Assembly (NCBI GenBank): GCA_043718495.1
Contig: JAYSVM010000183.1
Location: 1,356 to 65,355, forward strand
DNA length: 64,000 nucleotides
Source: Oscillatoriales bacterium
Lineage (GTDB): Bacteria; Cyanobacteriota; Cyanobacteriia; Cyanobacteriales; Microcoleaceae
Direction: 5' to 3'
The notes under the pieces: generated by a model
The model's database searches: none
Told to the model about the DNA's origin: nothing
Seen by the model: only the letters and a program-made list of their open reading frames with translations
Position numbers and translations under genes: made by a program
Shown here: positions 29,532 to 37,638 of the stretch, piece after piece
How positions within the stretch are numbered: the stretch's first letter is position 1
Layout of the letters: every line of letters starts with the position of its first letter

Positions 29532-29672
29532 TTGGACTCTATCCTGGCGGTGCTTGGGTTGAGGCGGGTTTACAAATATCTGGAGGTGAAGTTATGGATA
29601 TTGGTAAACCCGCAAGACGAGGGGATTTTTGTCGATCGACCTATTCATGCTTTTAGCCTTCAAGCTTCTTTC

Positions 29673-29960
29673 TTACTCTTCGTTGGCTTTTAGCTGGGTT
29701 GGTTGACGACCTTGTTTGATGTTGATGCTAATTTTTTTAGCTCCTTTTTTCTCCAAGTCTTTGATATAGCCGATCGTGCTATTGTCGGCTTCATCCTTAC
29801 TTCGATACGGGCCAAAGTAATAGGTGCGGTTTGGTGAGTCTGTATCAACTTCCACCCACCACTGGCCATTCTGACCGACGCCCATCGGTTGAGTCAGTAT
29901 CAAAAAGGCTATAACGTACATCGCCAAGATAGAAAATCCAAACATCGTACACCTCTGCAA
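29673..29960 (-). CDS. DUF1816-like small membrane-anchored protein
   Basis: N-terminal TM helix, then WWVEVDTDSPNRTYYFGPYRSKDEA...YIKDLE, which matches my recollection of the DUF1816 signature. Confidence 0.6.
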   Translation of the reverse strand: MQRCTMFGFSILAMYVIAFLILTQPMGVGQNGQWWVEVDTDSPNRTYYFGPYRSKDEADNSTIGYIKDLEKKGAKKISINIKQGRQPTQLKANEE

Positions 29961-30436
29961 GAAGTAGAGTAATTTTTACTGTTCTTAACTTATCAGGGCA
30001 AATAGCTCGCTCGAATCGTCCTCAGTGCTGATTAGGCTGGGGTAATTGTTGAGACTTTAGGCAAGTATCGATAATTGGCGATCGCCTCCATGATTGATGT
30101 TAATACCTTTAATGCCGATCAAAAACCCGGTTGATGAGAGTCAAAGTATGTAAGTATTGTTCATTTCACTACCGCTATATTGCCCAATCCAAATCCAAAT
30201 TAGTTTCTTTAATTACTGCTACAAATAACCTGTAATATTTCTTTACTTTTACTCAGATAAGCTGCTACCTATATAAATTGCTGCTTATTGCCCATCTTGC
30301 TAGAGGAGAAAGGATTTGATGCTTTTTCTAGGAAGGCGAAATATCTTGTTTAAATCCACAACAACACATTATCTTCATAATTATCAGCGATAATATTCAT
30401 TATTTTTAATTTTTTTAACTTTTCCCGTAAATATAC

Positions 30437-30481
30437 GCAAAATTATGAAGATTTAGCTTTACTAAATCTTCATAATTTTGC
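30437..30481. promoter_or_regulatory. Perfect 20-bp inverted repeat with 5-nt spacer in the AT-rich leader upstream of the exporter gene
   Basis: GCAAAATTATGAAGATTTAG cttta CTAAATCTTCATAATTTTGC. A third half-site ATCTTCATAATT lies at 30371-30382 and an ATTATC-agc-GATAAT palindrome at 30380-30394. Confidence 0.4.
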
Positions 30482-30776
30482 TGAAAATACCGCTTAAATA
30501 TAAAGATTTGGTAAAGTTTGCCGGGAAACTGTAGTCAATATATCAATCATGTAAGTATGATCAGAACCAAGCCAGGCAACACGTAAGTAATCGATACCAC
30601 TCCTTAAAAGACCAGATACCACATCCTTAAACTTTTGAACGGAGGTCTGAAATAAGCAGCTTTTATGCCAAATTTATTTTTTTTAGCTAGCTAGGTTGAT
30701 TTTAACCAGCTCCAATTTTTGCATTACCTAGCTAGTTCTCGATCGCCCAATTCAACGTAATTTAAAAGGGGAAGCT

Positions 30777-33700
30777 ATGAATAAAAGCTTAGGTGTAAAA
30801 AATTACTTTTCCCGATCGCCTGAATCAGTACAGAATATTCCAGCGATTCAACAACTGTTGGAGGAGATAGGCGCAGAACCCACATTAGTTGCCAAAGTAA
30901 ATGCAGCCTGTGAAATTTATGACTTTCAGCTAGGAGATGAAATCACAAGGTATCAAAATCTGGATAGTGACAGCCATTTACTTGACAAAGAACCGATCGA
31001 TCGCAATTGTTACTTAGTTAGCCAAGGAAGAGTCAGGCTGCTAGCAGTAACACGCACTACACAGGAAGAAATTTCGGCAGTTGTACTGGAAGTTGGAGAA
31101 ATATTTGGCACAGATAACCTCTTTGTCGAAACCGGAGTAGCTTACAGAGCAATTGCCGCCGGTACTTGCCAAATGGCTCGGATTGATATAGCGAAATTGC
31201 AGCCAATTTTAGAAGAATGTCCCCAACTGCAACAGCACTTGCGGACACAATTTCAACAGCGGCAGCGGTTAATATTCTTTAAGACACAAACAGAATTGGG
31301 AACCCTCGAACCCCAGCAACAACAAATCCTGTGGCCTCAGTTACTCCCTTACATAGAAGAAACCCGAATCCCCGCCGGAGTTTCACTCGCTCAGCAACAT
31401 CAAAAATCACAAAGTCATTTTTGGCTACGCAGCGGTCAAATTCAAGGTAAAAAACCACCAATTATCGGCAGTGATTGGGGATATCCAGACTCTGAATCTG
31501 AAGATTGGCAAGCTCAAACAGACCTACTAATTTACCAGCTTAACAGCGCACAGTGGGAAATCGCAACAGCAATAATTTATGACAACAGCAATTCTTCCCC
31601 AAAAATCATCCGCAAACCTAAAATTACAACCTTAATACAGCCTCCACAAAAATCCAACCACACCTCACAAACCCAGTCACATAAATTAATCGTCGTCGAG
31701 AATTCTCAATCCAAAGCAGTTAGTATTACCTTTCCAAAACCTAAGCGACGCAGGTGGTTTGGTAGTGGACACCCATTCATTCAACAGCAAAGTTCAGCAG
31801 ACTGTGGAGCCACCTGCTTAGCGATGATTAGCGAGTATTGGGGTAAAAAATTCAGCCTTAATTATTTGCGCGAATTAGCAGAAATTGGTCGGAGCGGTGC
31901 CTCTCTCAAAAACCTGGCAAAAGCAGCCGAAAGGATGGGTTTTCAGGCTCGTCCTGTGCGAGCTTCTTTAACTCCTCTCCGCAATCAAAATCCCTGGATT
32001 GCTCACTGGCAAGGTAATCACTACGTTGCCGTTTACCGTTTTAAAAATCAACAAGTTTTAGTTGCCGATCCGGCGATGGGCAAGCGGTGGATGAGCGTTA
32101 AAAATTTTACCGAAAATTGGACTGGCTACGCCCTAATTTTAGACCCAACACCCCAGCTATACCGCAATGAAATTGGTGAACAGAAAGGGATCAAAACCAA
32201 AAATTTTCTCGCGATAGTTTGGCCCTACCGTAGTACGATCGCGCAAATTCTGGTAATTTCCTTGTTTATCCAAATATTTGGGATAGTTACTCCGCTATTT
32301 ACCCAAGTAATTCTTGACCAAGTAGTTGTTAGTAAAAGCATAGCAACGCTGCACGTTTTTGCGATCGGACTACTGCTATTTGGTATTTGGCGATCGCTGT
32401 TGAGTGCAAGCAGGCAATACTTGCTAGATTACCTTTCTAACCGTATTGATCTGACTTTAGTTAGTGGCTTTATCAGTCACACTCTCAGTTTGCCGATCAA
32501 ATTTTTTGAATCGCGTCAGGTTGGCGATATTTTGACGCGAGTTCAGGAAAATCAAAAAATTCAGACGTTTCTGACACGCCAAGCGATTACTGCTTGGTTA
32601 GATGCTTTGATGGCGGTAGTTTACATCGCACTGATGGTTTACTACAACGGGCGTCTGGCTTTGTTGGTTCTGGCTTTGATTCCGCCGATCGTGATTTTGA
32701 CTTTGGTGGCAACTCCGTTTCTGCGAAAAGTATCGCGGGAAATTTTTAATGAAGGCGCTAAGCAAAACTCATCTTTGGTAGAGATGATTACTGGGGTGGC
32801 GACGATTAAAGCAACTGCTGCTGAGCGAGAAATGCGGTGGCGCTGGGAAGACCAATTAACCAGTATGATTAATGCCCAATTTCGGGGGCAGAAGTTAGCA
32901 AATTCTTTGCAAATAGTCGGGGGTTCGATTAATACTTTGGGTAGCACGGCTTTGCTGTGGTACGGGGCGATGCTGGTGATTCAAGATGAGTTGACGATCG
33001 GTCAATTTGTCGCTTTTAATATGATGATCGGGAGTGTGATTTCTCCTGTGCTGTCTATAGTGGGACTTTGGGACGAGTTTCAGGAAGTGCTGGTGTCGAT
33101 CGAGCGTTTGGATGATGTATTTTCGGCTGATCCTGAAGAAAGTCCTAACAAACCGATGTTGGTACTGCCACGCATTCAGGGAAGTGTCAAGTTGGAAAAT
33201 GTTTCTTTCCGCTATTCGCAAGATGACGAACGAAATACGCTGCAAAATATTTCTTTTGAGGTGGAACCTGGAGAAACTGTGGCAATTGTCGGCCGCAGTG
33301 GTTCTGGTAAGAGCACTTTGGTGAAGTTGCTGCAAGGTTTCTATTACCCAGAAAAGGGGCGGCTGACAATTGACGGCCACGATATTCGGCATATTTCTTT
33401 GCAGTCGTTGCGGGTTCAGTTGGGTGTTGTTCCTCAAGATTGTTTTTTGTTTTCGGGAACGATTTTGGAAAATATCACGCTGTATAAAAATGGACATGGT
33501 GCTGATTCTAGAAGCTTGGAAGAGGCGATTGAGGTGGCGAAGTTGGCAGAAGCTCATGCTTTTATTCAGGATATGCCGCTTGGTTATCAGACTCCTGTGG
33601 GGGAGAGGGGAACGAGTTTGTCTGGGGGACAACGACAGCGAATTGCGATCGCGCGTGCTCTTTTGGGAGATCCCCGGATTTTGATTTTGGATGAGGCAAC

Positions 33701-33926
33701 TTCTTCGCTGGATACTGAGTCTGAGCGCAGGTTTCAGCAAAATCTGGCTCGGATTAGTCGCGATCGCACTGCGTTTATCATCGCTCACCGGTTGTCTACG
33801 GTGCGTAATGCCGATCGCATTTTAGTTTTAGACAAAGGCATTTTAGCCGAACAAGGCAACCACGACCAATTGATGGCTGAACGTGGACTCTACTATCACC
33901 TTGCTCAGCAACAGCTCGATCTTTAA
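30777..33926 (+). CDS. Peptidase-C39 ABC exporter with N-terminal cyclic-nucleotide-binding-like domains (HetC-like)
   Basis: 1049 aa. Residues 1 to about 300 form two cNMP-binding-like barrels (GEIFGTDNLF...YRAIAAG). C39 motifs are QQQSSADCGATCLAMI, HWQGNHYVAVY and LVADP. There are six TM helices. Walker A GRSGSGKST, signature LSGGQRQR, Walker B ILILDEATS. Confidence 0.9.
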   Translation: MNKSLGVKNYFSRSPESVQNIPAIQQLLEEIGAEPTLVAKVNAACEIYDFQLGDEITRYQNLDSDSHLLDKEPIDRNCYLVSQGRVRLLAVTRTTQEEISAVVLEVGEIFGTDNLFVETGVAYRAIAAGTCQMARIDIAKLQPILEECPQLQQHLRTQFQQRQRLIFFKTQTELGTLEPQQQQILWPQLLPYIEETRIPAGVSLAQQHQKSQSHFWLRSGQIQGKKPPIIGSDWGYPDSESEDWQAQTDLLIYQLNSAQWEIATAIIYDNSNSSPKIIRKPKITTLIQPPQKSNHTSQTQSHKLIVVENSQSKAVSITFPKPKRRRWFGSGHPFIQQQSSADCGATCLAMISEYWGKKFSLNYLRELAEIGRSGASLKNLAKAAERMGFQARPVRASLTPLRNQNPWIAHWQGNHYVAVYRFKNQQVLVADPAMGKRWMSVKNFTENWTGYALILDPTPQLYRNEIGEQKGIKTKNFLAIVWPYRSTIAQILVISLFIQIFGIVTPLFTQVILDQVVVSKSIATLHVFAIGLLLFGIWRSLLSASRQYLLDYLSNRIDLTLVSGFISHTLSLPIKFFESRQVGDILTRVQENQKIQTFLTRQAITAWLDALMAVVYIALMVYYNGRLALLVLALIPPIVILTLVATPFLRKVSREIFNEGAKQNSSLVEMITGVATIKATAAEREMRWRWEDQLTSMINAQFRGQKLANSLQIVGGSINTLGSTALLWYGAMLVIQDELTIGQFVAFNMMIGSVISPVLSIVGLWDEFQEVLVSIERLDDVFSADPEESPNKPMLVLPRIQGSVKLENVSFRYSQDDERNTLQNISFEVEPGETVAIVGRSGSGKSTLVKLLQGFYYPEKGRLTIDGHDIRHISLQSLRVQLGVVPQDCFLFSGTILENITLYKNGHGADSRSLEEAIEVAKLAEAHAFIQDMPLGYQTPVGERGTSLSGGQRQRIAIARALLGDPRILILDEATSSLDTESERRFQQNLARISRDRTAFIIAHRLSTVRNADRILVLDKGILAEQGNHDQLMAERGLYYHLAQQQLDL

Positions 33927-33933
33927 GGAAGAA

Positions 33934-33965
33934 GAACCCCCCCTACCCCCCCAAGGGGGAAAAGA
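33934..33965. repeat. Poly-C/poly-G palindromic mini-element (GAACCCCCCCTACCCCCCCAAGGGGGAAAAG)
   Basis: Intergenic copy of the family also seen inside larC. It is followed by CCCAATGC x3 at 33997-34022. Confidence 0.75.
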
Positions 33966-34045
33966 AGGAAGAAGGTTTGATTTTTGACTTGCAGTTCCCA
34001 ATGCCCAATGCCCAATGCCCAACTGATTAATTTGGAGTAAATACC

Positions 34046-35845
34046 ATGCTTTCAGAAGATGCCAAAGAATTAGGATGCGCTCCTGATGAAATAGATGAAA
34101 TTTATGGGGGTGTAGCTTTAAAAGAAAACGAAGTTAGTCAAAAAAATCACTCTTTAGAAGTAGTAGAACCTCAAAATCGTTCTTCTAAAACCAATGAATA
34201 TATCAATCCTGCCAAGTTCCGTACTCACGAGGAAGATAATTGGTCTACTTCTTTGCAAACTGTACTCGATCAGCCACCAGTATCTTTTCCTCAGAAGTTG
34301 ATATTGGGAGGAATGGTTTTTTTGGTAGCTTTTGGAGCCTGGGTAACTTTCGGAAAAATTGATGAAGTTGGTCACGCTCAGGGCAAATTAGTACCCAAAG
34401 GCGATGTTTACAAAATTCACCCGACTGAGACGGGAAAAATCATTAACCTCGCGATTAAAGAAGGTCAAAAAGTCAAAGCTGGACAGTTATTGGCAGAATT
34501 AGACCCGGAAACGGCTTCAGGGGAGATAGAACGTCTCGATAAAATACTCAATGGTTATCAGATTCAATTGGTACAGCAGATTAGCTCGATCGAACGAACG
34601 CGATTGGAAGCTGAAGCTAGCAAAGCGATCGCAGAAGCGGATCAACGGGGGGCCCAAGCTGCGATCGATCGCGCTCGTGCTTCAGTGGCTACCACACAGT
34701 CTCAAATCGAGCAATTGCGATCGGATGTAGTGTCTCAGCAAGCACGCTCTAAACAGCTCAAACCGCTGGAGAAGCAGGCGCAAGACTTGGTTTCGCAACT
34801 GCAAACAGATATTAACTCTCAACAAGGGCGGCGCGATCGGGTGAAACCGTTGCAACGTAAGACTCAAGATTTGTTGACACAATTGCAAGTAAAAGTAGCT
34901 GCTCACAAAGAGCGGATCGCGCGGCTCAAACCGTTGGTGGATGAAGGAGCGCTCTCAAAAGACGTTTTGTTTCAAGCTGAGGAAGCTCTGCGGGAAAGTG
35001 AAAACGCCGTGATCAGAAGCCAGTTGGGAGAGGAAAGTCAGGCTGACGATCGCGCTTTTGAAGTCGAGCAAACCATGCGCGATAAGCAAGGCGCTCAGAT
35101 CAGGAGTCAACTGTCTGATGCAACAGTAGTTAAGGAAAAGCTGTTTGAGGTTGAACAGGGTTTGCGCGATCGAACTAGCGCCATTTCTAAAACCCAAGGT
35201 GAATTAACTCAAGGATTGGCAGAAGTCGATCGACTACAAGCCGAAGCCGCCAGCAAGCAAGCCACAGCCCGTCAAACGCAGTTAGAAAAAGAGCAAAAAG
35301 TTCAGCAGTTGGAAATGGAATTAAATCAAGTCAAATCCAAAATTGCCGAAACCCAAACCATGCTAGCTCAAGCCAAAAATAAACTCAAACAAAGATTTCT
35401 CTACGCACCAGTCAACGGAGTTATTTCGACTCTCAATGTCCACAACAAGGGCGAAGTTGTTCAAACCGGTCAAACCATTGCCCAAATGACTCCGAATAAC
35501 GCTCCTCTAGTGCTGGAAGTCAGTTTACCGAACCGAGAAGCGGGATTTGTCAAAACCGGAATGCCGGTAAAAGTCAAATTCGATGCTTTTCCCTATCAAA
35601 ATTACGGCGTGATTCCGGGAAAAGTGGTATCGATTTCGCCGGATGCCAAAACCGACGAGCGATTGGGTGTTTTTTACCGGGTGGAGGTGAGTATCGATCG
35701 AGACTCAGTGAAAGCCAACAATCAAACCTGGAAACTGAAAGCTGGCCAGACAGCTACTGCGGAAATTGTCATCCGCCAGCGCTCCATAGCCGACATTTTG
35801 CTCGATCCTCTCAAGCAACTACAAAAGGGCGGTATGAGTTTGTAG
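34046..35845 (+). CDS. HlyD-family membrane fusion / periplasmic adaptor protein with an extended coiled coil
   Basis: N-terminal TM (LILGGMVFLVAFGAWVTF), lipoyl-like GKLVP...VKAGQLLAELD, a Gln/Arg-rich coiled coil of about 300 aa, then YAPVNGVISTLNV...GQTIAQM and a beta-barrel tail. Confidence 0.9.
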   Translation: MLSEDAKELGCAPDEIDEIYGGVALKENEVSQKNHSLEVVEPQNRSSKTNEYINPAKFRTHEEDNWSTSLQTVLDQPPVSFPQKLILGGMVFLVAFGAWVTFGKIDEVGHAQGKLVPKGDVYKIHPTETGKIINLAIKEGQKVKAGQLLAELDPETASGEIERLDKILNGYQIQLVQQISSIERTRLEAEASKAIAEADQRGAQAAIDRARASVATTQSQIEQLRSDVVSQQARSKQLKPLEKQAQDLVSQLQTDINSQQGRRDRVKPLQRKTQDLLTQLQVKVAAHKERIARLKPLVDEGALSKDVLFQAEEALRESENAVIRSQLGEESQADDRAFEVEQTMRDKQGAQIRSQLSDATVVKEKLFEVEQGLRDRTSAISKTQGELTQGLAEVDRLQAEAASKQATARQTQLEKEQKVQQLEMELNQVKSKIAETQTMLAQAKNKLKQRFLYAPVNGVISTLNVHNKGEVVQTGQTIAQMTPNNAPLVLEVSLPNREAGFVKTGMPVKVKFDAFPYQNYGVIPGKVVSISPDAKTDERLGVFYRVEVSIDRDSVKANNQTWKLKAGQTATAEIVIRQRSIADILLDPLKQLQKGGMSL

Positions 35846-35992
35846 TCAGTAGTCAGTAGTCAGTAGTCAGTAGTCATTAGTCATTAGTTATTGGTTATTG
35901 GTTGTTAGAAATGAGAGCTAACAACTAACAAATAACAACAGTCAACAGTCAACCCTTCGACTCCGCTCAGGGCACCGCAGTCAACAGTCAAC
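35843..35992. repeat. STRR-like heptamer arrays forming an imperfect long hairpin (TAGTCAG x5, TAGTCAT, TGGTTAT ... CTAACAA, CAGTCAA)
   Basis: The hlyD TAG stop codon is the first repeat unit. The left array (35843-35908) and right array (35918-35953) are roughly reverse-complementary. Confidence 0.8.
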
Positions 35993-36018
35993 TAATTTAC
36001 ACAAAACAGGATAAAACT

Positions 36019-36438
36019 ATGAATTCCCAATTTCACCATTCTGCCAGCCATTCGCAAGTTGGAATTAAACCCGAACAATTGGATGAGATAGTTTCAGCAA
36101 TTTTGGCAGGAAAGTATTCTTGGGCTTGTTTTTTACTTTTGCGCTGTACTGGTTACAACCCTCTCGACTACATCCCCTATCGCACTTCCAACCGCTTGCT
36201 TAAGGAAAACAGTCAAATCAGCAAGTCGCATAAATCGGAAACTAAGTCGGCGATGAGCAAAATTGCGGATTTAGATTATGTGGAGGTGTTGAGGGAACAA
36301 CGAGCCGGAGTTCGAGGGGGTTTTGTAACTCAAGTCAATGGTGAAGCGGAATATATCTCGTCGCCGACGGTTGATGTTCAAAATCAAGGGTTTTTTGCTG
36401 ACTTTAAGACACGTTTGTTTAATTTCGCGGGCAAGTAA
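36019..36438 (+). CDS. HetP-like protein
   Basis: [46 protein letters not shown] matches the conserved N-terminal core of HetP-family proteins as I recall it ([29 protein letters not shown]). Confidence 0.6.
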   Translation: MNSQFHHSASHSQVGIKPEQLDEIVSAILAGKYSWACFLLLRCTGYNPLDYIPYRTSNRLLKENSQISKSHKSETKSAMSKIADLDYVEVLREQRAGVRGGFVTQVNGEAEYISSPTVDVQNQGFFADFKTRLFNFAGK

Positions 36439-36548
36439 ATTGTACTATCCGCGAACAACCCGGTGGCTAGTGTTGGGTGTACCAATTTGTTGGTTGACTC
36501 ATCGCGGGCGATCGGGTTTTCAAGTATCCAACATCCGCGCTTCAGATC

Positions 36549-36668
36549 AATCTGCCAAAATGGCAACATGATATTGCGATCGCCTCTAGTTTTTTAGCAA
36601 ACAATTAACATAAATTCATGAAATTAACTTTACATTTTAATTTTCACAAATCTGCCAAATTGGCAACA
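36549..36668. promoter_or_regulatory. Two copies of a 20-mer AATCTGCCAAA(A/T)TGGCAACA exactly 100 nt apart, upstream of the first precursor gene
   Basis: Copies at 36549-36568 and 36649-36668 (19/20 identical). Each contains the TGCCAA-N-TTGGCA palindrome. Confidence 0.35.
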
Positions 36669-36755
36669 CAGCTCTAATTAGTCGAGATATATTAGGTATA
36701 TCGAAAGCAAACAAGATTGCTTCGAGCAAGCAATAAAAAAACAAGGAAAAAAACC

Positions 36756-37010
36756 ATGATTATCTCTGACCTGAACCATGTAGAAGTTGTTTCCGAAGAA
36801 ACAGAAACCAGTATTGAAGGCGGATATTTTTACGGCGGCTACCCCTACTACGGCACCTCCAATTATGCCAGTGCTGGATCTCGCGCACTAGCCTTCGGTC
36901 AGTTCAGTTCTGCATACACATCCACCAGCACATTTACCGCGTCTGGCGTTGCTAGCTCTTCTAGCGGTGCGAGTTCGAGTTCTAGTAATTACGGCGGCTG
37001 GTGGTACTAA
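36756..37010 (+). CDS. Double-glycine-leader precursor peptide 1 (23-aa leader, 61-aa Gly/Ser/Tyr-rich Cys-free core)
   Basis: An AAGGA RBS precedes the ATG at 36756. Sequence: MIISDLNHVEVVSEETETSIEGG / YFYGGYPYYGTSNYASAGSRALAFGQF...NYGGWWY. The ORF-track start at 36717 is probably too far upstream. Confidence 0.75.
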   Translation: MIISDLNHVEVVSEETETSIEGGYFYGGYPYYGTSNYASAGSRALAFGQFSSAYTSTSTFTASGVASSSSGASSSSSNYGGWWY

Positions 37011-37245
37011 GAGCAGTGTAGACCAGCAGTCAGAAACTCAGCTATGTAAAGAAATGCAATAATTCTTTGATTGACCTCTATATAGGTAGTTCACAAATTA
37101 TAGCCCTACTTTACATAGCTAGTTTATACATAGCGGTTATTGGGTAGATGAGGTACACAATATCTTAATCGCACAGAATTACCCAGTTTTTAAGTCAAAA
37201 TTACAGCCGTATCCAAGAAGAATAATCAGATAGAGGTAAAAATCA

Positions 37246-37494
37246 ATGAGAATTGAGGATTTGACATATTTGGAGAAAATTTCTGACGAAGGCAATATTG
37301 TTGGCGGTTTTGCTTCAGTCGGTATCAATATTTTTGGCTCAGCGAACGGTGCATTCACCTTAACTGCTGCTATTTCTCAGTCTTGGGCAGTATCTTCGCC
37401 TTACGGTGGTTCTCTAGCGGTTGGTTACGGTCAGGTATTTGCGCTCGCCTACACTCCGCCGTCATTTCCCAAGTTCCCAAACTATATTCCGTGA
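37246..37494 (+). CDS. Double-glycine-leader precursor peptide 2 (21-aa leader, 61-aa Cys-free core)
   Basis: An AGAGG RBS precedes the start. Sequence: MRIEDLTYLEKISDEGNIVGG / FASVGINIFGSANGAFTLTAAISQSW...PKFPNYIP. The leader is collinear with precursor 1 (I.DL..(V/L)E..S.E....GG). Confidence 0.75.
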   Translation: MRIEDLTYLEKISDEGNIVGGFASVGINIFGSANGAFTLTAAISQSWAVSSPYGGSLAVGYGQVFALAYTPPSFPKFPNYIP

Positions 37495-37638
37495 ATAAGA
37501 GAAATTAAATAATTTCTAATATCTCGATCGGGGAATGAAAGAAATCACAATAAAAATCTCTAGCTCCATTGCTTTGAACAACAGCAATTTTCAGTTAATT
37601 TATCCAGCTTAAAACAAATTTTAAGGAGATTAACAGCG

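Noticed and set aside
29462-29656. ORFs that are merely translated dispersed repeats (also 58327-58545, 56703-56927, 51355-51576, 55965-56300, 22498-22896, 23243-23494, 5689-5943)
   Set aside because: Their sequences are dominated by repeat-derived peptides (RHCRVPT, GAGFANR, WVEERNPTF, GRSP from HIP1). They have no RBS and overlap palindromic elements.
32895-33788. 297-aa minus-strand ORF inside the ABC exporter gene. Similar antisense ORFs lie in the CHASE2 gene (1509-1958, 2148-2747), in chlI (16142-16483, 16685-17143) and in the DALR gene (6389-6796).
   Set aside because: They are fully embedded antisense to genes with strong motif support, and have no motifs of their own.
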